From Macrostomum hystrix (Eukaryota; Animalia; Platyhelminthes), in the NCBI GenBank assembly GCA_950097015.1, contig CATNEN010000001.1, positions 25,854,001-25,918,000 on the forward strand: a DNA stretch of 64,000 nucleotides. The letters are read 5' to 3'. Every line of letters begins with the position of its first letter. Positions within the stretch are counted from its first letter, which is position 1. The translations under genes were made by a program, and so were the position numbers. Positions 27,153-38,482 of this stretch are shown here, one piece after another. A model generated the notes under the pieces. That model was not told the DNA's origin. It ran no database searches and saw only the letters and a list, made by a program, of their open reading frames with translations.

Positions 27153-28222
27153 TCACTCAAAAATTTCGGCGCAATCCAGGCACCTCTGAATATAAGTGAC
27201 ACTGTGATTGATCCACTGCAGACATTTGAATGGTGTGATCTCTGGTATCGCAGCGTGAACATGGCGCTTCAGGATGCGCATCCTGTGTTGGTGCAACGTG
27301 AGACCAGCCGCTATCGCTGCCGCCCTGTTTCCAGCCTCAATTTGCGCAGCCGGAGACGACAAACTGCGTTTCAGCGCAGCTTTCAGGCACGACCCCGCAC
27401 GCTCCGCGGCGTTCAAAAATGGCGAATAGGGCGGCAGAAACCGGTGGGTGTGCCCAGCCCTCATTCCCGGCACATTGCCATGCGCTCGAGCACCATCAGT
27501 CAGCAGAACGAACTCGTCATCAACTAGCTGGTCCAACTCTGACAAAAACGCCACGAAATCAGCATTGGTGAAGCCGCCCTCAATCAGAGCAAAATGCACC
27601 AGACTATGTACACCTGAGATTGCCAGACATATCGTCAGGTTCTGGCCTCGCTGACCGTTGACAATCGAAACGGCACGTTGTCCGCTGGGAGCCCAGCCCT
27701 GGGTTCGCGTTGTCCACAGATTCACCCCGAACTCATCAAGGTAAATAAGGTGCTTCTGCACGCCATCGGCCAGCATCCATTGCACATGCATGCGCCGAGC
27801 CTCCTTGTTCACTGGGGTGTTCCAGTCCACTGGGTTTTGCCTGACCAATTTCAGAGTGACCATTTGTCCATCCAGCGCTCGACTGATCGCAGAGAGAGAC
27901 AGGACCGGCTGGTCTGGAAACTGTTGAACCAGAAGGCTCTGCGTGCTCTTTAATGTCGCCGTCGGCTGAGCAGCAACATAAGCTACGACTTCACACCAAT
28001 CATGGCATCAGTCAGACGCTTCCTTTTAGGAAGCGTCCCCCTCTTGCCTGAGGCTCCGTGCGCCCAAAATCCGTATACGCGCGGATGATGTTGCTTGCCG
28101 TTGTGCGCTTGATGCCCAGTTGCTGAGCCAATGTCCTCCAATCAGAGTCCTCCTCGTAGGCAGTGATCAGCCTCAGTCTATCAACAGCGTTAATTTTCAA
28201 ATACGGGCCACGCTCACCCATG
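27153..28222 (-). pseudogene. IS630/Tc1-like transposase, DD30E spacing, disrupted between HTH and catalytic domain
   Basis: HTH (LAQQLGIKRTTASNII...RGG); catalytic YLDEFG, LTDGARAH, LPPYSPFLNAAE. Stop/frameshift around 27870-28010. Confidence 0.85.
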
Positions 28223-28510
28223 ATGACTGAAGAGACGGAGAGGACAGGAGTAGGGAAGAGATTTTTGTCCAACTTGACCGCAAAAAAGACCAACTAGAGC
28301 GCAAAAGACTTGGCTTTCTATGGTCAATCCTACATTCGATTGCAGGTGATTTAGCGCAGTCTGAGCCTCAGCAGTCTGTCCAACTTGATCGCAAAAATAA
28401 CCAACTTAAATGATTTAACGGCCTAGGCCGATTAAACATATAGTCTATGGTCACAGTTGCTGTAAACAGTTTTATGTTTGCAATCTCGTGAGCTGGGCCA
28501 AGCTTTAGGA

Positions 28511-28666
28511 TTAAGTACTATAATACCCCGCCGAAATCGTTGTCTATGGCCTTGGAACGGCTTCGGACTGCGCTTCTGGGCCTCGGCTTCGCCTCGGCCA
28601 AGAAACGCGTCCTCAGCCTTTCCTAGGCCAAAGAAACGAAATCAGGGGGGTATTATTCCTGCTTGA
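28511..28666. repeat. Short palindromic MITE-like element
   Basis: Imperfect inverted ends (ttaagtactataatacccc / ggggtattattcctgcttga) around a central cctcggcttcgcctcgg hairpin region. Confidence 0.4.
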
Positions 28667-29015
28667 TTTTGCGGGCAGGACTGCTTTAGGAATGGCCCAT
28701 CCTATGCCCGCTGTCGGGCTTGGCCATAGACAGATAGAATGAAAGCAAAAACAATTATATTTAATGGAGTACGGCAGCGCATAAAAGTACAACAGTAATG
28801 ACAAGAGCAGTAACAATAATAACAAACAGGGGAGATGAAACAACACACAATTAGCCACACCCATAGTCCAAGTAGTCATAGATTTGTCTCCTGTCGCCTG
28901 TCGCCTGTTATTCTTCCTGTGAGTGTCTCTGATCTCTTGCCGGTTCGGACAGAGAAATTACATTTAACACAGTCTGTCTATGACTACTTGGACTATAGGT
29001 GTGGCTAAGAGACAC

Positions 29016-32000
29016 TCACAGGAAGAATAACAGGCGACTACCATTCTTTTCAAGTACAGCAGTCGGCAGAACTCCATGAATGTCACTAGTACGCTGCTCG
29101 CAATCCATGGTAGACACTTTGATAGTGCTCGATGTAAGTCCTACGCTCGGACCAGACGATGGAGATGTGACATAGCTCGTGGCTTGTTCAACGATCAAAC
29201 CAGATGATGGCGAAGCAATGGTCAGAGCGTCTGACAGTTGCCGTTTCTTTGTTGGCGAGATCCGTTTTGTGTACCTCTGGATTGACTCTGGTCTTTTGTG
29301 ACCAGTAACACATTGGATGTCGCCGACTGCAATGCCTTTGTTTGATAATGTCGTGACGACAGTAGCACGAATGCAATGATTTGTGTACTTGCGTGATAGA
29401 TTCGCCCTTGTGGAGATCCGAACCATCATGTCGTTCAGGGTGTTCTTACCGAGAACTTGAGTTGCGCTGTACCACTGTTCCGTAGAGAATTTCGCCAACG
29501 GCCTTGGAAACAAATCACTCACACCTGCAGGAGGCTGCAAGGTTAAATAAAGGCGCACCGCGGCAACAGGACACGTTGATGGGTTATTGGTGGCATACAT
29601 CTTAATCTGCTTTCCCAAACATGGGTTGGCAGCATTAGTTGTCTTCTCTTTACCGGACATGACCAAGTCGATGCAGGCAGTCCCAGCCTCCTCAGAGAAA
29701 ACAATAGCGTCCTTCGTCAGCTGGCGAAGCCACTCGCGTCCTCTGAAGCCAAAATGCGTACACAACTTGTAGAAAACCTCGTCTTGTAGTTTCACAGGCG
29801 TAGTTCGATCAAAGTACGATCCGAGCTTCACAACATCCTCGTCGGTGATGGCTTGAAAGCCGCTCTGCTCTCCAACGTGTCTGTTCCGTTCCACGGATGC
29901 GCCTAGAGTAGCTTTGTAGGTCCTGTCAAACTTCTGAAAGGCTACATTGCCAATCACTTCCAAATCCCTCACCTCTTTAAAGTGACGATGGAGGCTGGCA
30001 CGAAAGCCTGCCAACGTGCTGACCCTGTAGGCATCTCCGTCTGCCCTTTGTAGGGATGCAAACCATAAGCGCATGTAAATTGGTTGGTCATGGAGAAGAT
30101 CATCCCGACATGGTTTGGGTGTTTTGCAACCGCTGACCTGCCCTCATGAGAGATGATTGCTAGAGGCGGGCGACATAGTCGATTAAATATCCGCCTAGCA
30201 ACTCGCGAGATGTCGCGGAGAGAGAGAGGAGATGAAGGGAGAGATGAGGAGGTTCAGTAGATGCAGGGAGTGGTCCTATCGGCCTCAGGCTGGCCAGTCC
30301 CACTCGTCCCATAGGCCACAGGCATGACTGCCGTGCCTACCCCAAGCAATGCTCGAAACCGGCTAAAAGTCTAAAAGAGAGGCTTCGGACTATCCGGAAT
30401 CGGACAGGACAGGGCTAGACAGCCTACTGTCGTCAGTACGTGCGCAACTGACTCCTAACCTTGGTAGCGGTGGTCGAATCGGCCTAGGCTCTTGTCACAG
30501 AACTGCGGAAAGGCTATCGGCAAAGCGGATAGTTGATCGAGGGTAGCGCCACCACCCAATGCGCCTACGTTGCCACCGCAGGCATTTGGGAACTTGGGTC
30601 CCGGAGTACACAGCTCCTAGTTTATCACGCAGATCTAGACAAGCCGAAAAATAGGGCATTCTGCAACTTCCGTTTTAGACTGGGGTGAGAGCCCCAGAAT
30701 GGATCGAGAGACGCCTCAAAGGGGATTCCTGAATTCGCGCTACAGGGGTCTAGAAAGGTGGTACTAAGAACTCGAATAAGAATCCATAGCCAGAATCCTA
30801 CTCATAGCACATCAGACATATTCCATACATTGGACTGCAGCCTACGCATTAACTAACAAATCTGAATCTGTGTGAGTTGAGGAGATCAGAGGCTGGAGAG
30901 ATTAAGCAGAACACTGGCTGAGTGATTACGCAAGCGAAAGATTATTAGATCATCACTCTCGCTCCCGTGGCCGCAGTTGCGAGAGGAGGGGGACAGAAGG
31001 GAAGCTCCATTGGCAAGGGAGCTTGGCACGTACCCCTTGACCCACTAGGAAGAGAGGGAAACCGGCCAAGGAATCCCCCACCCCCGGCAGAGATGCACGT
31101 GCTACACTCCGCATCTGCTCGCGAATCCCTAGCTTCTTATTACTCTCATGCGCACGTACAGTTGCCTTCCTGCCGCAGCCTTCAGCTCGACATCACCAGA
31201 GCCCACCCCCTAGAAGATTAGCCACTCATAGCTGAGGGCTGTCTAGTAGAGAAAATAAACATTGAGGCGAACACTAGGCGAATGGATTTAAATTGTAATT
31301 AAAGTTGGCCCAATGTAAAGTATTTGGCTAACGGCGATTAGTTTATTAGGCTAAAAATCCCGATGCCCTTCCGCACTATTATGCCGCCTAGCTAGAAGTA
31401 ACAGTCCCTTAGGAATAACAATTAAACGACCGCTACGCGGGTTACTTAGCTGAGTGCCGGTCGCGTGCTGCAGGCCTGTAGTTCTCGTGGGTGGGACGGG
31501 GCAAGATTAGCGAGGAAGGAGGGGAAAGCTAAGTGTGAGCTGGCAGGGGCCAACACACCGGTGGAGCTCAGTGGCTCAATTCGAGAGCTCACCTAAAGAG
31601 GTGGCTTGTACTATTAGGAGCTTATAGGCAGGCAATGAGCCTGTGAGCGCTAAATGAGCTTAGAGCTCGAGGGTCTAAACCCTAAGTGGGAGAGGTAGGT
31701 CCGGAAGGCCCGTCGGAGAAGACGGGTCCGCAAGCCGGTTAAGTCTCTGGGCCGAGCTCCGAAGGTTCGCGAGAAGGTAGGAACCTCGGTAGGTCCGTTG
31801 GAAGGGTCCTCCGGGGAGCAGCGCAGCGCACTTTCTTAAATAGTCCTGCAGCACGCCAACCTCGACATTCATCAAAATAACCCACATTCGCGCCAGCCTG
31901 TCATCGAGGAATCGAAGCGGCGATGGCCACCCCGATTACCCAATGAACCGGCGGCGAGAAACGACAGATGCTCCTTTACGAGCAGCCGCCGGCAGTCGGC

Positions 32001-32860
32001 CAATAATTGTTACTCCGCCAGGACAATGGGAAGCGCAGGCGCCGACCTGCCTACAGTGACATTACATGTATCTAAGAGGAAAAGTCATATAGTCGAGCTG
32101 GGCTCGAATACTGTAAAGAAGTGGGGATATGAAGAATTAAAGAGCACTCATAATGCCCGAGTGATTCCCGATATCTGATCGCGGTTTGAAGGGGAATTAT
32201 GACCTAAACTAGCTCATACAATAAAGTTATGGCCCGCGATCAGTCATTCCTACTGGGGGCTAGAACAGATCCAGGGAGAGGGGATTCGACGGCTACTTAA
32301 TTCACCGCCGCCCCAAACCCGGCCCTAAGATTAATGATCTTGCTTTGCGGCCAGCTGCTAGGTGGGTCGCGATTATTAACTGCCTAAAATTCGAAAAATT
32401 CCGCTGGCTCACATTCCCACTCGATTCCCGTAGCACACTCCACATCACATGTACTCAACAAGATACCTTAGAGGCATGCTGTCAATACAATCAGGAAGAT
32501 TCTCCTTGCGCAAAAATGTCTTAAATTGCTCCACAAACTGTCTTGTTTTGGCATCTGTAGAGGCTACGCGAGAGGCCGTCTCCACGTCTAAAATCGCACC
32601 CACTTCTTCAGGCGATAACTCCCTGAGTTGATTATCACTGTTCGCTTCGGCGGCCAAATCGGATACAATCGGGCGTCCAAAACGCCGTTGTCCAACGCAC
32701 GACTGTGTCCAATTCCAGGTACAGGCAGGCCGGTGTATTGGTTAAACAATCGTCCACGGCCACGCAGTTGACACAAAAAGTCGATCTCCTCGCGCTCCAG
32801 ACCGTTAATCTCTCCTCCCTCTATACAGGAGTAGGCATCATGTGTATGCGTTCTATAACT
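29016..32860 (-). pseudogene. Crypton tyrosine recombinase 2; catalytic domain intact, N-terminus interrupted
   Basis: 29016-30074 has HFGFRGREW, GKEKT, YTNHCIRAT, TGHK..SIQRY. Removing 30074-32449 restores ...MPLRYLVEY-MRLWF, colinear with YR1 MPLRYLDGYLRLWY. Confidence 0.9.
30074..32449 (-). mobile_element. 2.4-kb non-coding element (TGTGATG...TTTACA), copy B, inserted into the YR2 coding sequence
   Basis: Reverse-complement homolog of 5736-7907. Its boundaries are defined by the interrupted YR reading frame. Confidence 0.88.
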
Positions 32861-34727
32861 AGATTGAAGGTGTGCCACCTTAGCAGGTCGAAGTGCATTA
32901 ATTGCTCAATATTTCGAAATTATTTTTTACTTCTGATCAAGTCACCCAATAAAATGAACAAAAAACCGTTGTAAATATTCCAAAACTTAGCGGCCTTTGT
33001 ACTGAGGATACTCACTGAAGCACTTTAATAGAGCAGACTACTGCATCATTGACTCCTGTATCAAAATCTTGATGAGCGCTAATATCTCCTTGACTGACTG
33101 ACAGCCGAATGTGGGACCCACATATGGAGGGAGAGGGTGAATTTTTGTTTTTTTTAGGGAACAAAATAAACAAAATTAAAACAGCGGGAGGGAGCGCGGA
33201 GAATCGGAGAGTGAGAGAGACAGTATGAGATCTATCTACCTATCTATCTATGCCCATCTGTCAAAAAACGTAAAACATAATTAAAGGAAAGATTTATCCA
33301 AACAGCACTTGTTTTGTACATGCAACAACACGAATGGGCAGACACACACATTAGCAGTGCCATCAAGCCACGTTACCATATATATTATGTTGTGTTGTGT
33401 TACTTCAGTACGTAGGGTATAATTAATGGGACTGATAACATATCTGTTATTTCCTAAGCAACGTATCTTTAAAATGCATATAATAAATCTACTAATTTTA
33501 CGTTGCGAGAATGTACTAATGTACCAGCGATTATTGACACTTTCATATAGTACAAAATTAGGATTGATGATGACAGACTGAAATGCGTTGCACTTTAAAA
33601 AGTACTCGCCCACTTCAAAGTACGCACTTAAAATGAATACCAGAGTACTCTATTGCTACGCCCTTAAAGAGTACCAGAGTACGAGTACTTAAGAGTGCTC
33701 AAAGAGTACACTGTGAAAACACTGCCTTAAACAGAAACTGGGTTCGAGGAACGAAGACAAGTACTTTACTTTTAATTAACAAAAAATATATAAAAGCAGC
33801 GAGATGCAGCCCGGATTAGCAATGTGTTGTATGTTGTAGCCTTCCTTTAGGCTAGTTCGGGACGCTCACACTCTACCTCGCTCGTCGGTAGTCTCAGGAA
33901 GGTGGCGGCCTTAACAGGATCAGTCCAGAGGTTTTCTAACGTGATCTCCGTAGGCCTGGCATTGCATCTGAAGAGGTGTGAAGTGGTGTAAAATTTTACT
34001 AATTTTACTGACTAGGCCCCAATGCTATATTGGCCATGCTACTATCCACCTGTACACCTAGTACTATTAACTTTGTCAATAACAAATCTGCTAATTTGCC
34101 TTTGCTTATCTTGTTGCTTAGGCATCTCATCCAATGATATCAAATAGGCCTAGGCCTACTGATAGTGGTACAACTAGGACACTACATTTTCTAGGCACCA
34201 TATTATATTGTCATATTACACTGCTATAGCTGTTTAAAAAGGAACAAACAAAGATAGTTAGGCTTAAATATCATATTGTCTATATTATTATTATAAAAAC
34301 AAAGCATAGGCCCTATAGACATATAATGCTTCTAACTTTAACATTATAATCATTTATAGTCTTGAATCGAAAATGGATTGTTTAATTTTTTTCTTCATTT
34401 GTGTATTATTTATTATTCATTTTGTTATTAAAAACAGCTGTGTTACAATTGTTGTTAATGTGATTCCAAATCACAACAACAAAAAGTGCAATTTAAACAG
34501 GCAAATATACTTTCTTAATGCTAAACACTAGTTTGGTAAATGTTAGGAGTAGGCTTTTCAAAATATTTAGCTGCATACTTCAATTGTTTTTATTGTCTAA
34601 TTAGCACTTAGACTAGGCCTAATAAATCAATTTCTACAAATATTTATATATTTATGAAGTATACAGCATTTTCCTTAGCTAGCCTCTTTGCTCTAATCCT
34701 TATATATTGATTTTCAGCTGTTTATTC

Positions 34728-35198
34728 ATGTCGACTCCCAGCCCCACTGCTCAAGACAGCCTGCTTCGGGCTGTACTTCTCAGCACTAAGAATGGTGTCC
34801 AACTATGCGAGCTGCAGGCCCAGTACAGGGCCCTGGCCGGGCACGCCCTCGATCTGGCTGGACATGACAATGTGACTTCACTAATGCGCAGCTTGCCTAA
34901 TGTAGGCTACATCCACCTAGTGAATGGCGAGTTAGTCACATTTGGTTGAGAAACAGAGGAGACAAGCCACATCTGCTCGCTTATCCAGCGACAGAGAACA
35001 GGCGGCACCAACCAAGGCGCTAGTCGGGGTGGTGGCGCTTTTCGATCTCAGAGCTTTGGCCAGCGCGCACTCCAGCAGGAGAAGCTTCACAGTCGCTATA
35101 AACTGCGCTACACTACTATTCAGTTTTCTCGGAGCCGAGATGAGAACGCCAACTATTATCAGTCTGATTACATACATGCGCAACCTCCCAAATCTTAG
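34728..35198 (+). pseudogene. Extended LOTUS (OST-HTH) domain gene fragment, TDRD5/TDRD7-like, with in-frame TGA
   Basis: LLRAVLLSTKNGV..LQAQY..LAG..L..GH..V..LMRSLPNV, then TGA (34947), then ETSHICSLIQRQR resembling the eLOTUS C-terminal extension. Splice acceptor at 34717. Confidence 0.72.
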
Positions 35199-38100
35199 CC
35201 GGCCGTGCGACTTAGTTTTTGCTCTCATTTGCGACTTAGTTCATTTCATTGCTCTATTTACGACTTAGTTTGCTCTCATTTGCTCTCTTTTTCTCTCCCC
35301 TTTTTCCTTTTCTTCACGCCTTCCTTTTTTGTCCCTTGGTCCCCCCTTTGATTTTTTTGCGCTTGGTCAATTGGTTTTTGCGACTTACCTTGCTTGGCCC
35401 TCGTTTCACCCGGCCGGTTCGGCCGGGTCGGCCGGTTCGGCCGGGTCGGCCGGGTGTTGCGCATGTATGGTCTGATTATAAGCAGCAGCGGCAGCGGGTC
35501 TGTCTGTCTGTTATCAGAGTCGATTAGGAAAGCAACGAGGAGTTGCCCTGTCAGTTGGTGCGCCTCGGCGAGGCTAACACTGGCGGCCTGCGTGTCACCA
35601 TCAGTAACGATAGGCACATTGTGGACCGGTCTAGCAATGGCCGCTGGCCAGTCAGGGTCTAATTGAACTGCTTGGAAACTAGTTGTGTGGGACCTAGCGC
35701 ACTATTAATGTTGGTTGCTACTGTGTGTGTCATTTTACAAAAAATTAAGGTGCCCCTTGCTTGGTATCGCTTCCCCAGCTAAAATCAATTAGATCTTATG
35801 TCCTTTGTGCTGTCCAATGTTGTTTTTATGATTTATTTTATGTTTTTAGCTTCCCCCTGTCTTTTTAGTTTTTTAGTCTTCTTAGTTCAATTTGATATGG
35901 CTGCATCAAATGATTTTAATCGAACCTTGTGCCTGATCGATAGAACATTTGCACAATTTTCAGCTTTTAATTTGCCAATATTGTTATTAAATAACGAAAT
36001 CAACAGTTTTTATTTGAATGTCAATCTGTGTTCAGGGTTAATTAGCATCTCAGAAGTGACAAAATTTGTGCCTGTGCTTTGGTTATTGCTTCCAAGTGTC
36101 AACAATAAGATTTTATTTCATGACTTACTCCTGCCGATATGCTTATTTCTTCGAAATGATGGCAATGTGTAGAAATGTATCTTTGCATTTCATCCTTGCC
36201 TTGGAACTTTCCACTACGAGAATTTCTTTTTGTCGTCGAAACTAAAAGAATAATACTTTGCTGTGGCGGAGAGTCAACACGCGACCAGCCAGTGCCAGGG
36301 CAGCCGCACCCAAAACCCCTCAACCTCAGTCTAGTTGAGGTGGGGGTTGGTGCACCCAGCCAGCCGGCTTGCTAAGCCGGGGTATGAAGTCACGCCACCA
36401 GTTCGCACCTCCCTAGACCCCTCTATCTCGCTCTCGCGTTGTATATAAATATACATGCAATGCAGCACACAAACTTTGCTGCCACTCCAACTCGTAAACA
36501 AAAAGGCCTTCCGCCTTATTGCAGTTATAAATTGGACGAATCTTTATTTTTTAAAGTTTTTTTGTGTAATTTTAAATTTCATAATAGTCATTCTTTGTGG
36601 ACAGCATGCCTTGTGCAGATTAAAAAAAGTGCTCGTTTTTTCCTTGTTGATTTATATTCGTATTTTATATTCTTTATTTTGACAATGACTTTGTGTTGTA
36701 TTTTGTATTGATTGACTCCAAGAAACAAATATATATGTTGACAAGTCTCTAAAATCACTAAATTCTAACTCAAGTAGATACCTGTTGTTTGATCTTAGAA
36801 TTTGCAGATCAAATCGCAGATCGCAGATCTTTGTGAGTTGCGTTCATTTTCTTCGTTTTGGCAGGATTGCTGAAGTCGGGAAGTCTTACTTTTAATTTGA
36901 AGTAGATTGTGAAATCCGTCATAGACACACCACCAGCTGTAACAAGCTCTTTCTTTTGTTACAGCTAGAGACATTAGAGACATAGTAGATATGTCTCTAA
37001 TGTACATTTCTAGAAGCTTATTGTTTCCAATTATGGATGCAGCCCTAAGCCAAATACTGTAGAAAGCAAACAGTTTTGCAACATATAAAACACTAAAAAT
37101 GCAAAACTATTGTAAACTACTTAGATGCTAAGTTTTTTTAGTTACAGATGTCCTGTGTGACTAGGCCTAATTAATTATAATTTACCATTCAATAATTTTT
37201 TTATCACAAAGTTCTATTAAATAGACTTAAAAATCAAAGTGAGCCAAATGAATTAATATCATATACTAAGGTCCAATAAATAATACTCATAATAGAAAAT
37301 CTTGGACATTCTGTACATTTGGATAAGGAATTCTAAAGATGAAAATCTGAACAATACAATTTATGCTATTGGTAGAAAAATACCAAGTAATAAATATATT
37401 CAAAATTAGATAAAAAAAACTAAATCCTGTTTATTAGTTCTTCTACAAATGGGCTAAGTAGAATAGCTAGCAATGGTAATAAATTTACAAAGTTGAAAGT
37501 GAACATGCTACCTTAATAAATTGAAAATTTCTGTAAAAATAGTCTAATAATTAACAACATAATTAGGTTTTAAAAACTTTTTACACTCGGATTCTGTTCA
37601 CTGTGTCTTTATATTAAAATGAGATTTTCCACTAAATAAAGCATTTTAAATGTATATTTTAACACCCACAGGTACGTGAAACCACAAGATATGCCTCTGC
37701 AGTGAAATGCTTTGCCATTCAATACAAGTTACCCAACGTTAGGTAGGCCTAGGCTAATTATTTAGCTAAGTCCATAATTAGACATAGTATCTTTAAAAAT
37801 GCAAAACAAATCAAATCAATCAATCAATATCCAAATCAATGTTGAGAGAAAAGTACTGCCATGCCTAAAACAAAAAGCATTGAGCATTTAACTAATCTCA
37901 CAGTAGTTATTGCCTAAAGGCAGTTAATTGCCAAACAGTCAAATGGTTTGTTTTGTAAGTGATTTGCTTATAATAATTCTACAGCCATTGTAGCCCAAAT
38001 TGCACTATAAATCGCCAAAAGGCAATTAATTGCAAAAATGCAAATGGTGCATTTTAAGAGCTTTGGTTTGGTAAAAATTCAGCAACTAGCAATCTAAAAA

Positions 38101-38482
38101 CTGCATTTTTGCATTAAACTGCTAAGAATCTCGTTTAATACATAAACACTTCTGCTTAATTATCTTCGCCTTATAAAAGTAAAGAATGTTTGAATAATAA
38201 AATATTATTCAAATACTATACATCAGTTAGTATTTAAAAGAAAACTATAAGCTTACACTTACAATGTAAAATAGGCCTATGTAACAATTGAATTATTTAC
38301 AAGTAAAACTTGTAGTTGTAGAATACAATATATTGTAAAACAAGTATTTATAAGGTAGTAGGATACTAATATATAGAGTAAAAAGCGAATATAATAGCTT
38401 CAGATTAAAGGCTTGAAAAAAATTCAGATTTAGGTAGTGATTGCTTGGTTTAGTTGCTTTGAAATTTTTATGTCAAATTTGC

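Larger units (their letters stand above)
16851..28406 (-). mobile_element. IS630/Tc1-superfamily DNA transposon with ~140-bp TIRs, interrupted by a BEL retrotransposon
   Basis: 16866-17008 is the inverted repeat of 28264-28406, each with an internal direct repeat. Transposase on the minus strand at 27153-28222. The right TIR lacks its outer ~15 bp. Confidence 0.8.
15174..28450 (+). mobile_element. Crypton-type tyrosine-recombinase DNA transposon 1, host of nested insertions
   Basis: YR gene at 15335-16761. Candidate inverted termini CCATAGAC (15174) and GTCTATGG (28443-28450); the right end could instead be near 28723. Confidence 0.6.
28724..33253 (-). mobile_element. Crypton-type tyrosine-recombinase DNA transposon 2
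   Basis: Left end CCATAGACAGATAG; right end ctatctatctatgc (12/14 inverted match). Contains a YR gene split by a 2.4-kb insertion. Confidence 0.65.

Noticed and set aside
33960-33990. ctgaagag as a hammerhead ribozyme core
   Set aside because: No matching GAAA core or supporting stems found.
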